Below, in pieces: positions 20,089-28,313 of a stretch of 64,000 nucleotides of DNA. The stretch comes from Labilithrix sp. (GTDB lineage Bacteria > Myxococcota_A > Polyangia > Polyangiales > Polyangiaceae): assembly GCA_046351255.1 (NCBI GenBank), contig JAXLYU010000005.1, positions 1,146,583 through 1,210,582 of the forward strand, given 5' to 3'. Positions within the stretch are counted from its first letter, which is position 1, and the number at the start of each line of letters is the position of its first letter. A program made the position numbers and the translations under genes. A model generated the notes under the pieces. It saw nothing but the letters and a program-made list of their open reading frames with translations, was not told where the DNA came from and searched no databases.

Positions 20089-20859
20089 ATGGCCCATCTC
20101 GACCCCGATCGGGCTCCGCGCGCCGCCTTCGTGCTCGCGGAGTCGTACGAGCCGACCGCTGGCAGCTGGCACACGCATCGGCGCGCGCAGCTCGTCCATG
20201 CGGCGGCGGGCGTCCTGACGGTCGCGACGGAGGCCGGCCGCTGGATCGCCCCACCGCAGCGCGCGATCTGGGTGCCGGGAGGGATGAAGCATCGCGTGGC
20301 GTCGGCGCGGCCCTTCCGCCTCCTCACGCTCTATGTCGATCCGCACGTGCTGCGCCGAACGACCTGCGCCGTCGTGGCCGTCGACCGACTCGTCGCGGAG
20401 CTGCTCGAGACGGCGGGCACGTTCGGTCCCGGCTACCCGAAGACCGGGCCCGAGGCGCGGCTCGTCCAGGTCCTCCTCGATCGCCTGCCGGCGCTCGCGA
20501 TCGCTCCTCTCCTTCATCTCCCGCGACCCACGAGCCCCGAGCTCGTTCGCATCGCGAAGGCGATCGCTCAGGAGCCTGCAGACCGGCGCACCCTGGAAGA
20601 GTGGGCCGCGCTGGTTGGGCTCGGCCCCAAGACGGCGGCTCGCCGGTTCCAGGCCGAGACCGGCCTCACCTTCGGGCGCTGGCGCCAGCAGTGCCGGCTC
20701 CTGGCGGCGATCGAGCACCTCGCGGCCGGTAGCAGCGTCACCCGGACCGCGTTCGAGGTCGGCTACGACGATGTCTCCTCGTTCATCGCGACGTTCAAGG
20801 CATCCATGGGGACGACGCCCGCCCGTTACTTCGGCCCTGACCGCCGATCCATGGGGTGA
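20089..20859 (+). CDS. AraC-family transcriptional regulator (cupin N-domain + AraC HTH)
   Basis: N-terminus WHTHRRAQLVHAAAGVL...WIAPPQRAIWVPGGMKH (cupin). C-terminus WAALVGLGPKTAARRFQAETGLTFGRWRQQCRL...AFEVGYDDVSSFIATFK (AraC HTH). Confidence 0.85.
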   Translation: MAHLDPDRAPRAAFVLAESYEPTAGSWHTHRRAQLVHAAAGVLTVATEAGRWIAPPQRAIWVPGGMKHRVASARPFRLLTLYVDPHVLRRTTCAVVAVDRLVAELLETAGTFGPGYPKTGPEARLVQVLLDRLPALAIAPLLHLPRPTSPELVRIAKAIAQEPADRRTLEEWAALVGLGPKTAARRFQAETGLTFGRWRQQCRLLAAIEHLAAGSSVTRTAFEVGYDDVSSFIATFKASMGTTPARYFGPDRRSMG

Positions 20860-21007
20860 AACGCGCACCAGGTAGGATGCCGCCGTACCCCACCCTCTTG
20901 GGCACAACTCTGCGCAAGTGGTCGAAATCACTCGTTCACCCCCACTGGAAACTTGTGGTCCGGGGTGTGCTGAAGGGAGAGACACAACGTCAACGGAGGA
21001 TTCGCCA

Positions 21008-22087
21008 ATGTTCAGCCGCATCTCGAAGGTTCTCGTTCTCGCTCTCTCCCTCACCGCCTCCACCGTCGCGGTGGGCTGCGCGGGCAACGCGGAAGAGAAC
21101 GTCGGCTCGGACGAGGGCGCGGCGACCTCCAGTACGCTCTCGCACGACTACGAAGGCACGATCGGCAACAACAAGGTCTTCGTCCGCATCGACCGCGTCG
21201 GCGCCGCCATCACCGGCAGCTACTTCTACGACAAGCCCGGCACGAGCGACGACGTCCTCGTCCTCAAGGGTTCGCTCGCGGGCACGAAGCTCACGATGAC
21301 GGAGTCGGTCAACGCGGCGGGCGCGGACACGGGCGCGTTCAACGGCAACGTCTCGGGCGACAGCATCACGGGCACGTGGAAGGCTGGCAACACGACGCTC
21401 CCGCTCAAGCTCACCGCCATCAAGTCGCTCAAGACGGTTCAGCACAAGTACGTCGCGAACATCAAGGCGGTGAAGGTGCCGGGCCAGGAGTGGCAGCCGC
21501 GTGACTGCTCGCTCGAGGCGGACGGTGTCGAGATCTTCGGTCTCGATCCGGCGGCCGAGAAGGCGATGATGGACGCTCTCAAGATCGAGCGCCTCGACCG
21601 TGACCAGGAAGGTCACTGCGAGAGCGATATCCGTTACGTCAGCCAGTCGGTCGAGCTGAACGACAAGGGCTTCCTCACGATTCACGTCGCGACCGAGTAC
21701 GACGGCGGCGCGCACCCGGAGAACGCGTCCGAGTATTACAACTTCCAGGTCGCCACCGGTCAGAACATCGGCCCGAACGAGATCTTCCAGGCCGGCTCCG
21801 AGGCGAAGGTGAAGGAGCTCATGATCCAGGCGATGCAGAAGCAGCAGACGCCGGACTTCACCGCGGAAGACATCAAGGCGCAGATCGAGGAGTTCGAGCA
21901 GCACTTCGGCGCCGATACGAAGCTCGAGAACATCCAGATGGGCGTCCTGGCGGATGGCCTCCACATCGACATGGGCAACAACTACCCGCACGTCATCCTC
22001 GCTCTCGCGCCGGCGGTCACCATCCCGTGGTCCGACGTGAAGCCGCTCATGACCTCCTGGAGCGCGGCTCAGGTCATGGCGAAGTGA
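21008..22087 (+). CDS. Lipoprotein, DUF3298/DUF4163 (RsiV-like) domain
   Basis: GGAGGA Shine-Dalgarno 8 nt upstream. Lipobox VAVGCAG. EYDGGAHPENASEYYNFQVATGQ resembles the Y-GGAHG core of DUF3298. Confidence 0.5.
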   Translation: MFSRISKVLVLALSLTASTVAVGCAGNAEENVGSDEGAATSSTLSHDYEGTIGNNKVFVRIDRVGAAITGSYFYDKPGTSDDVLVLKGSLAGTKLTMTESVNAAGADTGAFNGNVSGDSITGTWKAGNTTLPLKLTAIKSLKTVQHKYVANIKAVKVPGQEWQPRDCSLEADGVEIFGLDPAAEKAMMDALKIERLDRDQEGHCESDIRYVSQSVELNDKGFLTIHVATEYDGGAHPENASEYYNFQVATGQNIGPNEIFQAGSEAKVKELMIQAMQKQQTPDFTAEDIKAQIEEFEQHFGADTKLENIQMGVLADGLHIDMGNNYPHVILALAPAVTIPWSDVKPLMTSWSAAQVMAK

Positions 22088-22125
22088 GCTGATCGCCCTG
22101 GCGTCATCGCCAATCGACGAACACG

Positions 22126-23463
22126 CTAGGCCGCGGTCTCCGGTGACGGAGACGCGGCCTTCGTGGCTTTCGAGGCGAAGAGGCCGATGACGATCGCCAC
22201 CACCGAGAAGAGAGCGAGCAGGGCGAGGAGCCCGAACGCCACGTCGTACGAGAAGCCGAACGCGCGCTGCGGAAATACCTGGGAGAGCGCCCACTCGATC
22301 ACGCCGTTCCAGACGAGCGCGGCGGCCCCGGTGCCGAAGACGCACCCGAGAATGCGACCGGCGCGCGACGGTCGCTTCGCCCAGACACGCCCGAGCGTCA
22401 CCGAGGCCGTGATCGTCGCCAGCGCCATCACGGCGATGAGAATGAGCCAGTAACCCTTCGTCTGCTCCATTCCGAAGAGGAGGCCGCGCCGCGACATGAC
22501 CTCCATGGAGAGCTCGCCCGGGGGCAGACCCGGGAGATTCGCGCGATAGGAGGTGCCGTTCGACTCCGGAGTGAAGGGGACCGACGACGAACGCAGCTTC
22601 GTATCGGGAGGGAGCTGAAGATCGACGTGCAGCTCGCCGAATCGAGCCCACCGCCGGGCCGGCGAAAGCAGATATTCGTAATGGAAGACGGTATTCACCG
22701 CCCGCCCCGAGTCGCTGCCGGCGATATGCGTATAGCGAACGACGACGGCTCGTGAGGCGCCGGCCGGGATCGCCAGCGGAAACGTCAGCCAGGAGAGCGG
22801 CGCGTGGTAGGAGCGCGTGGTCCACCCTCGCTGCAGCTTCGGGATCTCCTCGGGGATCGCCTCCGCGGCGGCGCGCAGCACGTCGTTCCGCGTCGGCGCC
22901 GGGCGGGACGCATACCAGCGAAGGAGATCGGAGCAGTCGCCGTCGCAGCCTTTCGCGAAGCGGCGCAGCCTCTCCGTATCTCGATATCCAGGATGACGGT
23001 CGAGCGCGTCGAGGGCCTCGAGCTCGTGCGCCGCCTCCGGGTTCGCTCCGAGCCAGCGCTCGAGGAGCGGCCCCAGCACGTCGGCCTCCGTCACGAGCCG
23101 GCCGGTGACAGGCGCGCCGTCGATCGTGACCTTGGCCTCGACCTCGGGCCGGCCGTGCTCGGCCGAGACCATCACGAAGGCGACGTCGGCCTGAGTATCG
23201 GCGTGTCCGCCGTTCGTCATGCGGTAGGTGGCGGTGACCTCGGCGGACGCGAGCGTCGGTGCGACCACGAACGAGAGGTCCTCGGAGTCGACACGGACCT
23301 CGGTATCGTTCTGCGGAACGAGCGAGCCGTGGGACGCGCCTTCGCTCCACCACTTCGCCATGTTCGCGCGCGCGTCGTGCGTGGCCAGCAGACCGGCGCC
23401 GAGCAGCGGCGCGACGCGGAGCCAGTGACGCGAGCGCGGCCGATTCATCACGGGGAGCATCAC
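22126..23463 (-). CDS. Membrane protein, unknown function (N-terminal signal peptide, large extracytoplasmic domain, four C-terminal TM helices)
   Basis: Hydrophobic helices YWLILIAVMALATITASV..., ILGCVFGTGAAALVW..., FGLLALLALFSVVAIVIGLF. Confidence 0.5.
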   Translation of the reverse strand: MMLPVMNRPRSRHWLRVAPLLGAGLLATHDARANMAKWWSEGASHGSLVPQNDTEVRVDSEDLSFVVAPTLASAEVTATYRMTNGGHADTQADVAFVMVSAEHGRPEVEAKVTIDGAPVTGRLVTEADVLGPLLERWLGANPEAAHELEALDALDRHPGYRDTERLRRFAKGCDGDCSDLLRWYASRPAPTRNDVLRAAAEAIPEEIPKLQRGWTTRSYHAPLSWLTFPLAIPAGASRAVVVRYTHIAGSDSGRAVNTVFHYEYLLSPARRWARFGELHVDLQLPPDTKLRSSSVPFTPESNGTSYRANLPGLPPGELSMEVMSRRGLLFGMEQTKGYWLILIAVMALATITASVTLGRVWAKRPSRAGRILGCVFGTGAAALVWNGVIEWALSQVFPQRAFGFSYDVAFGLLALLALFSVVAIVIGLFASKATKAASPSPETAA

Positions 23464-25463
23464 GTCGAAGAAGGATCGTCGGGCCGCGAGCGACGGCGCG
23501 CGGCGGCGAGCATTCCAAGCAATAGCAGGCCGAACGGATTGTCGGTCGAGGCCTCACCGACCGCGCGGCACCCACACTTCGAGCTCGGCTTGGGCTCAGC
23601 CTCGACTCGTCCGGCGTCCTGGTTCGCCGCGTTCGTCGCGGTGGACGGGCCGGCGTCGGTGTCCTTCGCGCCGAGAGGCGTCCCGCCGAGGTCGGCATTC
23701 GCGGCCGTGGTGAAGGCGCTCAGCGTGGTCGTGCCGTGCGGCTGGAGGCCGAGCTTCGTCGCGCTCGTGGTCTCTTGTTTCGCACCGGCGTCGGGCCAGG
23801 GCCCGCCCCACGTCCCGCGGTGTGGCTCCTTGCATTCGATGGGGCCGGTCCAGGGATGGCGAATGGCATAACGCGCCTGGAAGCTGCTCGTGGTCGACGC
23901 CTTGGCCGCGCCGTGATCGAGCTTGTTGTCCTCGCTCCACAGCTCGCGTCCGCCCACGATGGGGTGAGCGACACGGAAGACGAGATCCTGTCCGAGCGAG
24001 CCCTGGCCGTAGCGCGCGTGGAGGCGCGTCACGACGAGCGGCGCGGCGAGCGAGAGGCCGCCCGACCCTCCGACCCCGCCGCCGCCCGGCGCGAAGGTGA
24101 TCGGGTACGTGACAGTCACCTTCTTCTTGCCGTCGGGCTGCGGGAACGTGAGCCCCTGGAAGGCTCTCACCACGCAATCGACGACCGTCTTGTCGGGGAG
24201 ATCCGAGCCGCCGTCCTTCGCCGAGGCCACCGACCCATCGGGCGCGATATCGAACTTCACCACGACCCTGCCGTTCAGGGTGGGATTCAGGCGGAGTCCG
24301 TTCTCGTAGCAGAGGCGATACCGGCCGAAGCTCTGGCGCACGATCCGGTGCACGACCTCGGGCGCCAGGCCGGGTGAGACCTCGGTCGCGCCCATACGCA
24401 CGGTCGGCGGGCTGCTGCGAACGCCTCCGGAACCTGTCAGGGTCGGCACCACGTCGGCGCCGAGCGAGGCGATGTCGGCTCCCGTCATGCCCGTGGTGTC
24501 TCCGGGGCAAGGATCGCACGACGTGGCCTGCCATGCGTACTCGGTGACGACGGCGCCGGGGTTCTGCTCGACGGTGTGGTCGTAGAGGCTCGAGTAGAAT
24601 GCCCCGAACTCACCGCGCGCCTTCTCCGAGACATCGAGGTTCGTCGGGATGGTGACGTTGGTGAAATTGGCCACTTCGTAGCGCTCGCGGCCGAGCACGT
24701 AAACGATGAGGTCCTGCGTGCCCGACGAGTTCAGGAGCCCGAGCTTGACGGGTAGTTCGAGCTTCTCGCTGTCGTAGTGGAAGCGCAGAGGGGAGAGCGC
24801 GGCGCGGCCCCCGCTGTCGAATTTCACCTTGCTGATATCCACTTTGGCGACGAAGAACTTCGAGCCGCTCTCCACATAAGGCTTCAGCACGTCGGCCGCG
24901 CCCGCGGGGATCTTGTAGTGGTTGTCGCGTAGCCACGCGTCGAGCCCGGTCGAGTCCTTGGCGCCCAGGATGAGGATGTCGTATTCGCCGACGCTGAACT
25001 CGGCGGCGATGGTGACGCCGTAGTCTCCGCCGCCGGCGCGGCCGTGACCGCTGCCGAAGCCCTGGCCAGTGCCAGTGCCGGCGCCGTGACCGATCGTGCC
25101 GAGGCCACCGAGACCGACGGCGCAGGGATCTTGCTCCCAGTACTCGACGAGGCGCGGCGCGGTGAGCTTGTCGATCCGATCGAAGACGTCCTTCGAGAGC
25201 GTCTTCACGTTCTCCTTCTGGAGGACGACGGGGACGGGCACGACGAGCGCGAAGTCGGCGGGCGGTCCCTTGTAGTCGTTCTGCATCGAGAGCACGGTCC
25301 GCGTGCCGTCGCGCATGAGCACGACCTGCGTCGCGTCGTTGAACATCTTCGCGTCCGCCCCGCTCACGTAGAAGCCGCAGAACGCGTCCGCGCTTCGCGA
25401 GGCGAAGAGCGAGAGACCAAGTCCGACCGCCAGGCCCGAGACGACACGCCGCCCACCCATCAT
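23460..25463 (-). CDS. Secreted DUF2330-like protein with a MYXO-CTERM-type C-terminal sorting tag
   Basis: Signal peptide, then FCGFYVS...LMRDGTRTVLSMQNDYKGPPADFALVVPVP. Ends ...SKCGCRAVGEASTDNPFGLLLLGMLAAARRRSRP (Cys motif, then hydrophobic, then RRR). Paralog of the gene at 51776..53185. Confidence 0.7.
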   Translation of the reverse strand: MMGGRRVVSGLAVGLGLSLFASRSADAFCGFYVSGADAKMFNDATQVVLMRDGTRTVLSMQNDYKGPPADFALVVPVPVVLQKENVKTLSKDVFDRIDKLTAPRLVEYWEQDPCAVGLGGLGTIGHGAGTGTGQGFGSGHGRAGGGDYGVTIAAEFSVGEYDILILGAKDSTGLDAWLRDNHYKIPAGAADVLKPYVESGSKFFVAKVDISKVKFDSGGRAALSPLRFHYDSEKLELPVKLGLLNSSGTQDLIVYVLGRERYEVANFTNVTIPTNLDVSEKARGEFGAFYSSLYDHTVEQNPGAVVTEYAWQATSCDPCPGDTTGMTGADIASLGADVVPTLTGSGGVRSSPPTVRMGATEVSPGLAPEVVHRIVRQSFGRYRLCYENGLRLNPTLNGRVVVKFDIAPDGSVASAKDGGSDLPDKTVVDCVVRAFQGLTFPQPDGKKKVTVTYPITFAPGGGGVGGSGGLSLAAPLVVTRLHARYGQGSLGQDLVFRVAHPIVGGRELWSEDNKLDHGAAKASTTSSFQARYAIRHPWTGPIECKEPHRGTWGGPWPDAGAKQETTSATKLGLQPHGTTTLSAFTTAANADLGGTPLGAKDTDAGPSTATNAANQDAGRVEAEPKPSSKCGCRAVGEASTDNPFGLLLLGMLAAARRRSRPDDPSST

Positions 25464-25610
25464 GGTGCACGAAGGTACTACGCCCTTGCCGCAGTCGTCC
25501 CCGTACCCCGCGAAAACCTCGCCATTTTCGCCAAATCGAACGATCGTCCTGTGCCAAAGTCACCAACCCGTGTCGCCCCCGCGCGAACGCGTGCTAACTA
25601 AGGAGCGAAA

Positions 25611-25687
25611 CGGGGCGTCGCACAGCCTGGTAGTGCACGAGCTTTGGGTGCTCGTTGTCGTGGGTTCAAATCCCTCCGCCCCGACCC
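25611..25687 (+). tRNA. tRNA-Pro (anticodon TGG)
   Basis: Acceptor cggggcg/cgccccg (7/7 pairs), D-arm gcac-agcctggta-gtgc, anticodon stem cgagc/gctcg with loop ttTGGgt, T-arm gtggg-ttcaaat-ccctc (one U:U mismatch), discriminator A. Confidence 0.8.
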
Positions 25688-25695
25688 GAGATCGT

Positions 25696-25740
25696 GGCGA
25701 GACGAAAGTCTCGCCCGGTCCACCACGCGTCACGGACCGG
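25696..25740 (+). terminator. Two consecutive hairpins after tRNA-Pro
   Basis: GGCGAGAC-gaaa-GTCTCGCC and CCGGTCC-N12-GGACCGG, seen directly. No T-tract, so function (terminator or processing site) is uncertain. Confidence 0.3.
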
Positions 25741-25832
25741 GCACGGCCACCCGGTCGAAAACATAAGGCTCAGCCGAAAAAAAGATCGCGCGAGCACTAA
25801 CGACGCCGTGCCGTGGGCCGTTTTGAGTTCTC

Positions 25833-27758
25833 ATGGGTAGCCGGCTCGACGAGCTCGCGGCAAGGCTCGTCCTCCTCGACGATCACGACGACGAGGGGAT
25901 CGCGGAGCTCGTCGGTGAGCTTCGTGCGGCCGCGGCGGCGAGCGACGACACGCGCGTCGTGTCGAGCATTCTGCCGGCCGCGGACGCCGTCACGACGACG
26001 ACTGGTCCCGCGCGCATCGCCGCGCTCGCCCGCCTGCGCCAGGTCGTGGCGGACGCGCACCAGGCGGCGAAGCCACCCATCATCCTCTTCAGCGAGGCCG
26101 ACAAGGAGCTCTTCGGTGAGTTCGTGGAGGAGTCGCGCCGGAACCTCTCGGACGCAGAGGCCGCGCTCCTCGCGCTCGAGAGCAGCCCGCACGATCGCGA
26201 GGCGATCGCCACCGTCTTTCGTGCGTTCCACACGATCAAGGGAACGGCGGCTTTTCTCGCGCTCGACGAGGTCTCCCGCTTCGCTCACGCCGCCGAGAAC
26301 CTCCTCTCCCAGATGCGCGCGGGGGAGGTGCACTGCGTCGGGCGCAACGCAAATCTAGCGCTGCGATCCATCGATATCCTCCGCGCGTTCATCGAGGAGG
26401 TGGCGCAGAGCTCGCGCAGCGGACTGCCGCCGTCGCCTCCGCCGGAGGCGATCGCGCTCACCATCGAGCTCGCACGTCCGGACAAGCCCGATGCGGCCGG
26501 GGAGGCGTTCTCTTCCATGATGCCGGTCGACGAGACGACGCGCGAGGCGACGCGTGGACGGTCCGGCGAAGAGAGCACCTGGATGCGCGTTCGGACCGAG
26601 CGCCTCGATCGGTTGATCGACGTGGTCGGTGAGCTCGTCATCGCGCAGTCCATGGTGTCGCAGGACCCGAGCGTGGCCCAGGGGGAGCGCGAGGACCTGC
26701 GACGCAAGGTGGGTCACGCGGCGAAGATCGTGCGCGAGCTGCAGGGGCTCAGCATGAGCCTGCGCATGGTGCCGCTGAAGCCGACGTTCCAGAAGCTGAC
26801 GCGGCTCGTGCGCGACCTCGCGCGGCGTACGGGGAAGGATGTCCGGTTCGCCACGGAGGGAGACGACACGGAGATCGACCGCAACATGGTCGACACCATC
26901 GCCGATCCCCTCGTGCACATGATCCGAAACGCGATCGACCACGGGCTCGAGGACCCCAAGGTGCGGCTCGAGGCGGGCAAGCCGATCCATGGAACGGTCA
27001 CGTTGGCCGCGTCTCACTCGGGCGGAGACCTCGTGCTGCAGCTCTCGGACGACGGCAAGGGAATGGATCCCGCGATCATCGTGCGCAAGGCGATCGAGCG
27101 AGGGCTCATCCGCTCCGAGAGCGCAATGAGCGAGGCGGAGATCCTCGGGCTCGTCTTCGAGCCAGGCTTCTCGACGCGCGACAGCGTGAGCGATCTCTCG
27201 GGACGCGGCGTCGGCATGGACGTCGTGAAGCGCGCGGTCGAGGCCTTGAAGGGGCGGATCGAGACCGCGTCCATCGTGGGATCCGGCACGAAGTTCACGA
27301 TCCGCGTCCCGCTCACGCTGGCCGTGACGGACGGCATGCTCGTTCGCGTCGGGGAGGAGCGCTTCATCTTTCCGACGGCGGCGATCCGGACGACCTTCCG
27401 GCCGACCCGCGAGATGGTCTCGACCATCGCCGAGCGCGGCGAATACGTTCGCGTGCGTGACGAGAACGTCCCTCTCTTCCGCCTGCACCACGTGTTCGAC
27501 GTGCCGGGAGCGGAGAAGGATCCGACGCGAGCCCTCATCGTGGTCCTGGACGCGCCCGACGGCCGCGTCGGCTTCCTGGTCGACGAGCTCCTCGGCCAGC
27601 AACAGGTCGTGAGCAAGGCGCTCTCGCACTCGATCCTCGTCGTGCGCGGGATCGGGGGCGGCGCCATCCTCGGCGACGGACACGTCGGGCTCATCGTCGA
27701 TCCGCCGGGGCTGATCGCGCTGGCTCAAGACCTGACGGCGTTTCGACGCGCGGCGTAG
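25833..27758 (+). CDS. cheA: Chemotaxis histidine kinase CheA
   Basis: Hpt (FRAFHTIKGTAAF), HATPase (DDGKGMD...GRGVGMDVV) and a C-terminal CheW-like domain. Confidence 0.9.
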   Translation: MGSRLDELAARLVLLDDHDDEGIAELVGELRAAAAASDDTRVVSSILPAADAVTTTTGPARIAALARLRQVVADAHQAAKPPIILFSEADKELFGEFVEESRRNLSDAEAALLALESSPHDREAIATVFRAFHTIKGTAAFLALDEVSRFAHAAENLLSQMRAGEVHCVGRNANLALRSIDILRAFIEEVAQSSRSGLPPSPPPEAIALTIELARPDKPDAAGEAFSSMMPVDETTREATRGRSGEESTWMRVRTERLDRLIDVVGELVIAQSMVSQDPSVAQGEREDLRRKVGHAAKIVRELQGLSMSLRMVPLKPTFQKLTRLVRDLARRTGKDVRFATEGDDTEIDRNMVDTIADPLVHMIRNAIDHGLEDPKVRLEAGKPIHGTVTLAASHSGGDLVLQLSDDGKGMDPAIIVRKAIERGLIRSESAMSEAEILGLVFEPGFSTRDSVSDLSGRGVGMDVVKRAVEALKGRIETASIVGSGTKFTIRVPLTLAVTDGMLVRVGEERFIFPTAAIRTTFRPTREMVSTIAERGEYVRVRDENVPLFRLHHVFDVPGAEKDPTRALIVVLDAPDGRVGFLVDELLGQQQVVSKALSHSILVVRGIGGGAILGDGHVGLIVDPPGLIALAQDLTAFRRAA

Positions 27759-27775
27759 GCGGCAGGGAGAAAGCA

Positions 27776-28276
27776 ATGACGACGGAGATCAGCAACGTGA
27801 GCGAGCGACTCGGCGGTAAGTACCTCACCTTCGGGCTCGGCGAGGAGGAGTACGGAGTCCGGATCGGTCACGTGCAGGAGATCATCGCGATGCTCCCCGT
27901 CACCCGCGTCCCCAAGACGCCCGAGGTGGTGCTCGGTGTGATCAACCTTCGCGGCAAGATCGTTCCGATCTTCGATCTTCATCGGAAGCTCGGGATGACC
28001 TCGGCCACGACGACCCGGCATACCTGCATCATCGTCGTGAAGGTCGACCAGACCGCGGTCGGGATCGTGGTCGACCGCGTGCGCGAGGTCATGGCGATCG
28101 GAGACGACCAGATCCAGCCAGCGCCGACCTTCGGCGCGGACGTCTCGACCGCGCACTTGCTCGGCATCGCGACCACGAGCGGCGGTGCGCGCCTGCTCCT
28201 CGCGATCGAGCGAGTCCTGTCGACCAGCGAAGTGCTCGCGATCGGGGACGAAGTAGGCGAAGCGGTGGCGGCCTGA
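27776..28276 (+). CDS. cheW: Chemotaxis coupling protein CheW
   Basis: YLTFGLGEEEYGVRIGHVQEI...VINLRGKIVPIFDL is the canonical CheW fold signature. 166 aa. Confidence 0.9.
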   Translation: MTTEISNVSERLGGKYLTFGLGEEEYGVRIGHVQEIIAMLPVTRVPKTPEVVLGVINLRGKIVPIFDLHRKLGMTSATTTRHTCIIVVKVDQTAVGIVVDRVREVMAIGDDQIQPAPTFGADVSTAHLLGIATTSGGARLLLAIERVLSTSEVLAIGDEVGEAVAA

Positions 28277-28313
28277 GAGGCCCGTAGAACAGAAAAAAGA
28301 AGGAACAGGGGTC

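Noticed and set aside
20990-23698. 902-aa minus-strand ORF and the other long antisense ORFs (26355..27776, 9161..10267, 33459..34688, 48675..50837, 17135..18604, 51680..52945, 3603..4847)
   Set aside because: All are Arg/Asp/Glu-rich with no motifs, and lie opposite genes with strong domain evidence. They are expected by chance at this GC content.
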